In this document: positions 1 through 11,800 of the stretch, piece after piece | Numbering within the stretch: position 1 is the stretch's first letter | How the letters are laid out: each line of letters begins with the position of its first letter | NCBI GenBank assembly: GCA_051941275.1 | Contig: JAVEBF010000011.1 | Span: 1 to 59,274, forward strand | Reading direction: 5' to 3' | Origin: Dirinaria sp. TL-2023a | Taxonomy: Eukaryota | DNA: 59,274 nucleotides | Position numbers and translations under genes: made by a program | Notes under the pieces: generated by a model | Told to the model about the DNA's origin: nothing | The model's input: only the letters and a program-made list of their open reading frames with translations | Databases searched by the model: none

Positions 1-90
1 CCCTAACCCTAACCCTAACCCTAACCCTAACCCTAACCCTAACCCTAACCCTAACCCTAACCCTAACCCTAACCCTAACCCTAACCCTAA
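1..90 (+). repeat. Telomeric repeat (CCCTAA)15, chromosome end
   Basis: Fifteen perfect CCCTAA units at the 5' end of the window; this is the canonical TTAGGG telomere of filamentous ascomycetes. Confidence 0.98.
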
Positions 91-162
91 AATTGAGAGT
101 AAAGAAAGAGTTTATTGATTAAATCTAGAATCTGAAATCACGAAACTTCGATCGCTTACAAA

Positions 163-422
163 TGTCATGAACCTGATCTGAAAGCGTTTATGTGTGATCA
201 CGTGTCTGTCTTGAAGGACCCTTAGGACCCTGAAGGACTCTGATATTAAGGGGTTTTGCTTTATACCCTTCTAGGCGTGCTACTCGCATACCCGACCCCC
301 TATTTGTTGCTTGCACCTTCTGTACTTATACTTCTTCTTCTGATTCTTCCTTTTCTTCCTTATAGATAGTGTCCTAGTCTATTTGTACCCATATGTCATT
401 GAGCGCTGTGCAGGTCCTGACA
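163..422. mobile_element. Probable LTR relic (solo-LTR-like, ~260 bp) next to the telomere
   Basis: Starts TGTCATGAACCTG and ends CAGGTCCTGACA, giving TG...CA termini with an imperfect ~12-bp inverted repeat. Non-coding. No matching target-site duplication. A second LTR-like end (GGGTCGTAACA) lies at ~547-557. Confidence 0.4.
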
Positions 423-1905
423 TTAATGCCAAACACCTTAATCTTAGTTAGATAGATTTTCGATAGTAAAAGTCCCGGCAGCGTCAAAAGACTAACTAAA
501 CCAAGTCAAGGGACTTGGTGCCTATCTTACTACTTGGTGGTTTCCAGGGTCGTAACAACAAGATTTTCAAAATGCTCTTGTCATGTATCATAATTAGCAT
601 TCAGATGAGCGTTTGAAAGTTTGAGAAGTGGAAAGAATTTTCATGTGCCAAGCGTTGCGATTTTGCGAACTCCATCTCCACGGATCAGAACAAAGATACG
701 AAGATAAGATGACTTGACGATTCGACGCCCATCATTTCCAGCTTTGAATTTTCACCAATGTGGAGTAAAACTACGATTTTAGTAACTAAAGGACGAAGTA
801 AATAGGCAGTGAGGAGCCGGACTGGACGCTGACTATTCGTCCGGAGCTAGGCAAATGCTTGTTGAAGGCATCCACGCTAGATAATATCAATGCAATCATC
901 AGCGTCATAATCATATGCAAGACGTAACGTCGATCTTAACTCAGCCTCGTTGTTTCTCGAAACTGGACTTTTCATTCTTCCATTGTTGCTTCAGCAATGA
1001 CGCAAGAAGAACTGGAATTCTATCTAGTCGTGAGTCAACGATGAGTGAATTTTTCATTACATTGGAGTTTAGATTGTGGCTGTTCGACTTGCTCGCAATC
1101 TATTGATACAGTGGAGAAAGTCCCTGTTGGGTCAACTGCTCCTCAGCACTTTTATGATTGCGCCTCGCGTATGCATTTTAATTCCGATTTGACAAGTTCC
1201 CAGTATTTTGGTATTTCTAAGCCCATGATGATCTAAAGATAGAAGATCTATGCAGACGCACATCTTTTACCACACTCTATAACCCCAATAAATTACTAAC
1301 GCCATGTCAAGGCGAGGCGGCTGTGCGCCCAGACCGTCCTGCTGAATCTACTGTACTTCTACACGCGCATTCGACAAGACGTGCCATCCATGTTTTGCCG
1401 ATTAATCTCTGGCCCGGCTATTTATGTATACGATGTACAACCTGATGCTTGCAATTTTCTGCTTCCACCCCCAGCTCTCCCGTCTCCTTCCCCCCTCTCT
1501 CACGCAGCAGAAAGATGAATCACGAGTCGCATTTTCTAATGAGCTCAGTAAACCTGATCCTCATATACTTTTGCGTTTTGCCAGTCAGTCTCGATGCTGC
1601 GATGAAGATATTGAAAAGTTCCGAAGCAACGCTTTCTGTGATGAATGCACGTAGGAAGGCACCGTTATGCACGGGAAGGAGAAGGAAACGGGAGGCTGCA
1701 GGAGACTGCAGCCATTGCAGAGCGCGCATGCTTCGTACTACCTACCTAAGATGCTATGCTGGCTATACTATTATTCTGCAGGTATGGACGCCACTCTTAC
1801 TCTCTCAGGCCCCATTGCCTAGTCTGGGGACCTGACCTATGTATGTGTAGGATCCTCCTTTTCTCTCGCTCTTACCTTCAACGTCTCTCCTTATCACGTC
1901 TCAAC

Positions 1906-4631
1906 ATGCCTCTCAGTGAGATCTCTGGCTTGCCTCTCCTCTGCTCGTGCATCATTACCTTCACGGTAGCGTTGTTTACATCTATTAGCGTAGCTCAGTC
2001 TCCAAGTGGTACGTACGATCAATTTGCAGTGCGGTAAACTGCTAGAAGTTGCGCTAATTAGAGATAGTCACATTGCCTCGCGCAGTCTTGTCTATGCCCG
2101 CTTCCAGGTTGTCTTTCAGTCCAAATATATCTACGTCCGCGATCGGGAACAGCAGCTCCTGTTCACAGTGTACTGTTATGTTCCTTTCTCCCCAACAAGT
2201 CGTATGGTATAGCTCCACCATTACGCAGACACGGGACATCGTCTCTGTTATCGTTACACAATATAACGATACAGCTATTACCAGCACTAAATTCATGAGC
2301 CATGGCTTTCCATTCAATGTTGAGGACGGTGGTCTACCAACTACATTTACCGTACCCCACGATGTAATCTCTATCATGGAGCAGGACTACCATTTCGCCG
2401 AGCCATACGCAGACGTGGGTAATTTTCTACTAGTCAACCTTACAGATGGTCAGGTGGATGCTGCTACTTCGATCCCTTACCCCTCGGCCTATATGGCCGC
2501 CGGAACGATTGGCTATTGGGCTGTGAATGGACCGTGCTCCCAGTGTTCCAGTTACCAAAATATATTTGACCCTTTTGTCGATTCCGTCTTCACAGCTTCG
2601 AACCAGTGCGTTTATACGACTCTGTCCATTTCGCTGACAGATGGATATTATGAGAGATTGCCTATCCCAGCTTTCAAAACACCCGAGGGTTATGGTGAGC
2701 TTTCGGACACAGAGTCCGCTGCAGCTTGGCTTCGAACCAACTCTTATTTGCACAGCTTGGAACCAAATATTGGAGGATGTGCAGTTTTGAGCAATCTGGA
2801 AGGGCCTCCGCTAGTCAAGATTCCAGTATCTGCTCTTACCGGTACTGTGACCACGACCGTGCGGGGTCTCGGGCTGGCACCGCCACAAACAGCAGCGCCC
2901 GCAAGCCCTATCACAACCTCAATGGTTCTTGCTACTTCCACTTCATCGTCGCAGCACAATATTCCCACATCTAGCTCTCAGCTTCCTGGTTCAAAATCCA
3001 GTACCCAACTGCGGGTTCAAACGAGAGAACCTAAATCTTCGGAATCACCTTCCACAACGAAATCAAAAGTTAACCCAGCACCCAAGCTTCCCAATGCCCC
3101 GAAGCATCAATCGGAGCCCGAGCAAGTGCCTAAGCCGCAAGTCACTAATACTGAGACACGGATTTCCCCGGTCCCCGGTCCAAACATCGTGCAGGAAACC
3201 ACTGAACAAGCAAATTCAGACGGTCTCAAACCCGCTATTTCCGCTGTACCCAGACCTGCATTGCCGTTTGCTGGAACACTTTTCTCTCAAGATGTGAATT
3301 CGCGAATTGTCCTTCCAGAGGGTACTTCAACCCCAGGCGGAGCGTTAACGGTGTCCAGTACATCCATATCTCTTGCTCCTGGCGGGTCTTACGTGACCAT
3401 AGGTACTAGCATCCAGCAGCTGGCCTTTGTAACACCTCCAGCTTCCACAAGAATTTCGGCGATTGTCACAGCCCAAACCATTTATACTACTGATTCCGAC
3501 GGCAATTACCTCGTCAATAATCAAGTACTCACCAAAGGTGGCCTGGTTAGTGTATCAGATATTCCGATCTCTTTAGCTCTGGACGGTGGATATGCTGTTA
3601 TTGGCACGACTACCCAGGACCTCGTGGTTCCAAAGTCTCTATCAGACGCATCTGGTGGCACAGCCGCGATTGCGGGCTCAGCTTCTCGCTCGAATTTTGC
3701 CACAGCAGCTGGGAAATTTACATTTGGTGGCGCAACTTACACGGCCAATTCCGTAGGAGAGTTTATCATAGCGGGTCAAACGCTGAGCCCAGGTGAAGTG
3801 CTCACACTTTCTGGTACTCCAATTTCATACGCTGCAAACCGTGACGCTTTCGTTGTGGGCTCGAGTACGCAGCTGCTCTCCTCAGCCGAAAGACAGAATG
3901 TACCGATAATCACACTTGAAGGCTCACAATATACGGCAAACTCTGAGGGGAATTTTGTCATAGCTAGTCAAACCCTTACTGCAGGCGGTAAAATAATCTT
4001 ATCAGACACCCCTATTTCCTATGACGCTGCCAGGGGTGGAGATATCGTTATCGACTCCAGTACCCAGTATCTTGCGCAACCAGTCAAAAGTGGCTTCATC
4101 GTCTATGCTAGTTCAACCCACATCGAAGACTCGATCGGTGATTTCGTCATAGCCAGCCAGACGCTGAAGTCAGGTGGAGTCATCACCGTGAGCGGGACGC
4201 CGATCTCCTACGGTACTGTGAGCGATGGAGATATCGTCATCGGCTCAAGCACCCAATACATTGCTCAACCTGTCAAAAGCGGCTTCATTGTCTATGCTGG
4301 CTCAACTTACAAGGAGGACTCCGTCGGTGACTTTGTCATAGCGAGTCAGACGCTGACGCCAGGCGGAGTCATCACGGTGAGCGGGACACCGATTTCATAC
4401 GCTTCAGAAAAGACGGATGTAGTTCTCGGAACGAGTACTGAGGCTACGGAGACTGAATTAGGAGGGTATATTATAAGCGCGTTTGGAAACGACCCTAGAA
4501 AGCCCACCAATACTGCTAGTGCTACAGAAGCCGCTTTCACAGGCGCAGCTAGGAAATCAAGGGAGGAGAGGTCTTTATGGTTTGTGTGGATGGCCAACCT
4601 GATAGCTATTGCTGCGGTACTGCTAGGGTGA
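1906..4631 (+). CDS. Secreted, probably GPI-anchored Ser/Thr/Pro-rich cell-surface protein with ~6 degenerate beta-rich repeats (~890 aa)
   Basis: Exon 1 (1906..2008) encodes a hydrophobic leader (MPLSEISGLPLLCSCIITFTVALFTSISVAQ). Intron 2009..2067 (GTACGT...GCTAAT...TAG) joins it in frame to ORF 2073..4631. Cys-containing N-terminal domain, mucin-like linker, repeats G(D/N/E)F(V/I)IAxQTLxxGGxITxSGTPISY, and a hydrophobic C-terminus (FTGAA...WMANLIAIAAVLLG). Confidence 0.85.
4038..4415 (+). repeat. Intragenic tandem repeat, 189-nt (63-aa) period
   Basis: GGAGATATCGT(T/C)ATCG...GTCAAAAG(T/C)GGCTTCAT recurs at 4038 and 4227. The protein unit is GDIVI(D/G)SSTQY(L/I)AQPVKSGFIVYA...GTPISY. Confidence 0.85.
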
Positions 4632-5029
4632 ATATGTGAGAGCCGAGGTTTCCAATAAGTCTTGGATCTACTACTACGAAGTCATCATGCCGCTTTCAGG
4701 TATAACGTTTCAGCTGTCAAGTCTATTCTATACTCTCGTTGGCTACAGACTACTGAAATATCAGAGAGTTGACTCCACCGCGAGCCAAGTCTATTAAAGT
4801 ATGATCAGGAATAGTGGCAACTAAGTCGCATGTTTTATAGCATCGTCGCTCTGAGCCGCGCTAGAACGCAGAGAATCGAGAGATCAATACTTGAAAAACA
4901 TTCAATTGCCAGTTCGTATAGAACACTAGTTTAATCAAAATATGCGATGGTAACTTGATAGGATATCATTGAATTAGAAAATTTATCGAGCGTGCGTATT
5001 CGTGATCACGGGACTACGATATCATAGAA

Positions 5030-5760
5030 TTTTCGAAATACGATACTTTTGATTGTCTCGTTTCGATTTCTTCAAACTTTCGCTCTTCATTTCGAACTCT
5101 CGAAAATCGTTTCGATCTCGAATCGAGAAGAATTCGAGCCTTAATTGTTAAACTGAAAAGTTGATGTTTATTGAACTGGGTGACCCTATGGAGGTCGCAT
5201 TGGGTTCTATTCTGCATACTTCTTTGTGTATGCTTTGGTAGATTATATGGCAATCATTTGTGCGGAGCTCTATGCCCCGATTGGGCCTAGCGCCCGCTTT
5301 GCCGGGCATGCCTATGCTGTCTACTTTCCAACAGTGTTTTTGCTTATCATTGCGGCAGTCGACTCGATCGCGATAGAATTAATATTACAAGATAAACGCG
5401 ATCGTCAATTCAATCGTGAATTTACGAACGTATATAAAACATGTGATCGAAACGCATCAAACAACGTTATCGACGATCACGACATCGATGATCGGAGTCG
5501 ATATTTAAAAATCAACTCGAAATTATTGTTATTTTCGAAATAAATTATTGCAGCATTTATATAATATTGACAATTTTATTTTCCTCTGTTCTTATAAAAA
5601 AAGTAATTTTTTATTCAAAGTATCAAAAGTTCAAACTATAGAATTGATTAAAGAGAGATTTCTATCATGCAACAGACGAACGCATCAGTCAATTACTACA
5701 AGAAGGATGATAATAGAAATAACTATCTTAGCTGCGATAGTTAATGACTTAGTTTAGGAT
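5030..5760. other. Degenerate AT-rich relic (probably old repeat or TE DNA) depleted of CC/GG and rich in TCGA
   Basis: In 5357..5700 I see only about one CC and one GG by eye, while CG, CA and TG remain common. No credible ORF. Confidence 0.55.
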
Positions 5761-5807
5761 GATCCAAGTAAGCTTTCAAACTTTATCGTCTTTGACCAAG
5801 TCTTACA

Positions 5808-8800
5808 TCAGGAAACCACCTGTACAAGCAGAGGACAACTCTGATACCACTCCTCAAAACTAGCAAGCACCATACCCGGCTGATCCGCCACCAGATGATC
5901 CGTCAGCTCTTCCTCTCCGCTCCCAGGCGATACCGTCCCTAGCGGCGGTTGTTCATCCCAGCCCGCAAGCTTTGTCCAAACACTCACCAAATCCCTCGCG
6001 ATCTGACTGTTCACACCCGACCAAGCACTTTGCACTTTTGTCCACTGACTGCCATCCGTGGTCGGCGGAGCGGGAAGGCCGCCGGTCTGCTCTACAGGCG
6101 TTGGACGCAGGTGCGGTCGCTCGTCGAGAGCGGAGGGGTTGGGGGGAAGTAAGGGAGAGGATTTGCCTGTTGTTTCAATGTATAAGCCTCATTCATCGAG
6201 CCTTCACCCCTGCACAAAATCAAAACAGACTTACCACTCGGATTATTGCTCCCGTCCTGGAAAACTCCCTCCGACATCGCCGTAACAGCGTTGAACTCCG
6301 GCAGCACATTCTCTGGGTCAGGAAGCACTGGCGGAGGCGCAGTGAAAGTAAATCCTATGAGATGCGAATGCGTGGTGCCTGAAGCGTCAGGAGGGTTGAG
6401 GAGGGAGGATATATTATTGCTTTTGGATGCGATGGGGTCTTGATTGGGGTCGTCTGTCACACATCTTTGCGTCAATTCTCCAGTCACGCGATTTCGAAGG
6501 GAGGAAAATCAAGTGGCAACTTACACTGCGTCCAAAGCGCATCCGGCAAATTCTTCGTGCAGGCGCTTACGGTCCATGGTTTGTCTTTATCACTGGCAAC
6601 ATCGGTTGGAGGAACAGGCGATACAATGCTAACCGTCAAGAGTGAAGTGCAAGGACTGGTCAACTGCATCGGCCTCGTATAAATCGGTGGACTCGCCGCT
6701 GCAGGATCATTCGCGGCCCCTGCACTCTGTCTCCAACTCTGCATGATCACACCATCGCCCCAACTCAAATCATCAATCGGAAACTTGCATTCAATTCTGA
6801 AACTCACACCACCAGCCCGAACAGTCCAAATATCCCCCGTCTGCCCCTGGCCGCTCGTGATCTTTTCCGTCGCGGCGCCGGCAACAAGTGTCGGGACAAT
6901 CAGCGCCGAGGAGTTTCCTGTAGACGTAAGGTTGGTTGGAGGACGAGTCTGTCTCACCAACTCGAGGAAATCAGTCCAGTTGAGGGGGGTGGGCGCGTTA
7001 TTCTGATTGCCAAAGTAGATTGAGAAGTTATGGATCTTCAGATCAACATGGACGACGCCGCCGAAGGGCGGGCCGGAAAGGTTGAGCACCGCGGAGATAT
7101 CGGCGTGGATGTTGATGTGGATCAGACCGATGTCGCATTCAAAGCCGCAGCTAGATAGAGCGTCAGCACGATCCCTTCTGCAGCCAGACAAACTCGGCAC
7201 AGAGCACATACGTGACGGAAACACCAATCTCTGCTTGGAAGAAGAAAGGCTTGAAGTTGATCAGGAAAGATGCCCAGGCTCGGAAACTACAATACCAAGT
7301 CAGCTCTTAATCCCGCGTTTGAGAGCTCCGAAAGGGTCGAAAGAACATACGTCGCGTAGATCGGCCCGGCGTTGAAAGTCGCAACGAGTTGTCCACCACC
7401 CATACAAGCCTTTGGAGTGATTGCAAAATACCCCTGGCCGGTGACGGTCAAGACGTTGCTCAAGTTCCAATTGATTCCCACTCGAGGGACGACAGGGTAG
7501 TAGCTCGGGGGTTTGTATGCCGGATGGTAGCCACCTACTGTGAAGACCCAATCTCCTAGATCGCGGCAAGTTGCGCAGATCAGTAGCAGCAACCTTGGGC
7601 TGTCGTTATGGGCGAAGTGAACTCACCTGCATGGGGAGAGGGACCAAACCAGTAGCAAAGCGCAAAGCCTCCGACTAGATGGCAATCTGCTCGCATCAGA
7701 ATCACGACCTGAGAAGCCAAACTATATGGCTAACATACCCGGGTAGAGCACAAACGAATTCGGAGTCAGCTGCGCCTGGCAAGTCAAGCTCCCACCGGTA
7801 ATATCCAACGCTGCGACAACACCCAATTCGGCATACAGGAACATCTCATTCCTGTTCTTGACATGCGGCGGCATACTTGCTGATGCAATCCCAACAATCG
7901 CCACGGTAATATCTGATGCGCTGAATTGAACTAGCGCCGCGGCGTCCATGGAGATGACCTGCACTGCGTCAAGTTTGAAACCAAAAGCGAGCCACACGGA
8001 GTCCTGTTCGACTGAAACGAAGCGGGAGAAGTGCGTCAGTGTTTCCATTGGGTCATTGGATGCTGTGACGCCTTGAACAAGGGGAAAGTTGAGGACGTCT
8101 GCTGCATTTGGAGTTCGAATGCTATAATTATATCCTGTCGCCAACTGTCAGCGAACAAAGTCCGCCGCCTGGTTCCAATGAATCGTGGAGACGTTACCAA
8201 AACCTAAGGGAAAACCCTTGTCAGCTTCTAATCATGATGCGAAATTGGGCTTGCGAGGCACATACCAACTTCGACGCCCGAAATCTCCGCAAACTCCAGG
8301 GTCAACAGCGGCCCATCAAACCTGCCAAAAATGAAGACCGACTTCAGATCCGATGAATACGTATGCTGATATTCTCCGACAGCAAGAAGCGAGTAAGGAT
8401 CGATGCTAATCGCAAGCCCCCCCTTGTAGGCCTCGTACGCTGGTGTGCTATCGATCTGGAAGACGCCCGAGATCAAGACAGGAGGAGAATTGAAGTATAC
8501 GGACATGCCAGACAGTGCAATATCAAAGTCAGTGATAACGAGGTTTTTTAACTCGTTCAGGTTGAATCTGGAGAGGGGCATTCCGACGCCAAACTGCGTT
8601 TCAAATCATGTCAGCGCTGATGACAGAATCGGGAGGGATAATCTCACGCCCGTAACTGTCAGCTGTATCGGACCGAGTGCAACGGTCGCATCGAGCAACA
8701 TATAAAGGTATCCATTTTTTGTTTGCAGACCGATCTACGACAATTTAGTGCATTAGTCAGAGCTTCTACCTTGATTTGACCTACGTTGTGAATGGTCAAA

Positions 8801-11800
8801 GGACCAATTGATCGACTCAAAGGAGCTTTGGTGCTGCCAGAATCCTGCTGAACTGCTGGACCGGCTGCTGTATTATCATCGGCAATGCCCATCATAGCAG
8901 TTGCGGTGAAGCGGGCAGCGGTTGTAGTCTTTGACTTTTTGCTGTTCTTGGCAGCAGGGATATTTCTCGTATTGGTCTGTTTCACGCGCGATATCGTGGT
9001 TGAGGGTTTCGATGCAGATGATATTTCCGGAGTGGCAGTCAAGCTTGGTGTTGCTGCCATCAGCATGGCTTGTGGAGCCACCGGAGGCGCACCGCCCTTT
9101 CCGAAGAGGTGGTCGAGGATGACATTTCCGTTCGCCTGCACAAGGAAATGATGCCCAGCAAGCAAGACGTAGGGATTTGCATTTACCGAGGAGGCATTCC
9201 CTGGCGAATTGTTTTGAAGACTGGATTGTGTGTTCTTGAACGGGATGGAGTTGTCAGCAGACATGGTACTGTTGATAAGGGAAATATCAGAGAGAGTCAA
9301 GCCGGCGGTCTGCGCTGTATTGTCCACCGTCGAGTCTCCGATCCAGATGTAATCAATCGCATCCACCGGCTGTGGGATCGGTCCCACCACAGGAACACCG
9401 GGCACAGTTGGCAAACGATCGAGCAAGACACGAATCACCCGCTTGAAACCAGGCGGCGGCGTCAAAGCCGATGCTGCGGATCGAGCACCTTGGAGCTGGA
9501 TGTAGGTGAACGACAACGTGCCATTGGCGGTACTGATGGCGATCTGGATCCAGAATATGGTTTCTTTATCTGGTTCTTTGGTGATGGACAGCGATACCGG
9601 AGGTTGCGAACCAGCAACAGGAGTCGCAGCAGGAATTTCGATATTGGCCACGAACTGCACATCTGCCAAGGTATTCAAAACATCTTGATCAACACCAAGA
9701 GCCTGGATCAAGTCGTACAGCGTCGACGACTGGCTCATGTGCGACCCCAACGACGCACGGAATGTCCATGAACTTTGCCCTGGACTGGAGCCATGGAAAT
9801 ACTGATAGCTCAAATCTAGCTCGAAGGGGCCCACTCTCAAAATTCCTGTGACAAAAAGGTTTGCGTCTCCAGTCGAATAGTCCCAGATGACTTCAAGCTC
9901 AGGTATCTCCAGAGTGCCAAGGATATCCATGACTGCATCACTGGCATCAGAGTCGAACAGGTTGTAGAGGGTGGCGAAGGAAACGTTGACGGCAGAGCCA
10001 GTCACCTGCCACGAGCTGGACAGACCTTGATCAATGTACTCAACAGAAACAGTCAATTGAGAAGCCAAGGTGGCCGGGAAGTCCCGAGGTATGAGCATGA
10101 CGCTGGTGGACAAGAGAACATCGGTTCCAGCGCCCTTGCTGTATTGCAAGGAAAAATCCAGATCGCCTAGCACAATTCGGGGCACCCCAGAGCCGCTAGT
10201 CAGCGGGAGAGACTGCAGTGTCCCAGAGAAGAGATATCGCAACTGTTTACTGCTGTCGTAGGATGCCGTGAGTGTCAGCTCATAAAATGTCGGGGACAGG
10301 TTCATGCCTCCCGGTGGAGGCGTCACATCATTTCCACAAAAGTCCGCAAAATCAACAGCGCCTGTCGGTTGCCCAAGCGGAGTGTATCGATCATAAGGCT
10401 CGATATATGGGAGCAAGGCATATGTGCTCACGTCGGGTGCGATGGAGTTCCAGAGACGAGCCGTGATCGACGGACCTGGCCAATCGAGCTCGAGCGAAAA
10501 GATGGTTTTGTTGTAGACGCTAACTTCAAACAAGATGGTTGCCGCAAGGAGGGAGAAGCCGGAGGCTGAGCCAGGATTACCGAGCACCAACGTCACATTT
10601 CGCACGGCGAAGCTGATATTCGAGGAATTGGGAAGAAGCGGCGTAGGATCGATGGATCTGTCGTTGCTAGCACTCGAATTTGACAGTACGCTGACGAGCC
10701 AGCCTTGGATCTGAGACCAGGTATAACTGTTGTTGAACTCCAATACGATGCTTGTCTTATTGTATTCAAACTTGACCCAAGCACTGATGCTCAGGCTGTC
10801 AAAATTCGATCCGAGGGTGATTTGAGTCTCCAGCCCGCATTGCGAAGTCAAATCTCGCTGGACGAAGTCGCTTGGACACTCTGCTTTGCTCAACACTACA
10901 ATTGCTGTGTTGCTTAAAGTAATGGATCCTAGAAACGAAAAATTGGTCTGAAACGTCGTCGCGAAGGCGGGATCGGTGACAGCAAAACGAAGTCGAAGCC
11001 ATGTAGAGTAAAGCACGTCGGGCTTGAAGGTCAAAGAGCTCCTGCTTCCAAGCGATGTATCGATCGTTGTCGTCAGACTACTGACTGGATCAAAGCCTGG
11101 GAGACTGAAGCCACCCGTCGTCCCAATGGGCAGGTACGTCATGCCGAAATACGATATAATCTGACCGACCGTCAACTGTGCTTGACTTGTGCTCTGAAGA
11201 CCCAGAGTCATGAGCCCATAGTCTGTCACCATAGCATCGCCGAGAGCAGGAGGAGTGGCGACGGCGGTGGCACCCATGCTGATTGTGCTGGAAGCGTCGG
11301 ATGAGAACGTGAGACTGATGGGTGTGTCAGCGACGACACCGAGGTTCAACTGGACGTTGACGGCTGTTACGCGAGCAAAAGCATTCGCGGTGTCAATGTA
11401 TCCAACTAGACTGGCTTGCTGAATTCCCAACCTGTTGTAGTATAACCTTTGAAACCACTCGTCGGCCGCGTGAACTTTTGCTGAAACAGGTGCTGGCGAA
11501 GGCGGAGGCGTGTTGTTAGGGCCGGTTGCTGGTTGCTTCCATGGGGTTGCCAAGATGATGTAGCCATTGTTCAGGTTGGCTATCCAGTCACTGAATGCAT
11601 TCGATGTGGTTGCCGGTGAAAGCGGTGCTTGGATGGTGTCAGGCGTAAAGTGGGCGAAATCCGAGCCACACAGATAAAACGGCGATGCCGGGGGGGAAGC
11701 GTTTGGACTATCTGCGGCAGTCACTGTGGCGGAGGTTACAACCTTTGATTGAAGCGGTGCAACAGTCTTGTTTGCTTGAGTTGTTGTCCGTATGGGGATT

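Noticed and set aside
560..1850. Short ORFs near the telomere as a helicase or transposase remnant
   Set aside because: No helicase, DDE or RT motifs found in the frames inspected.
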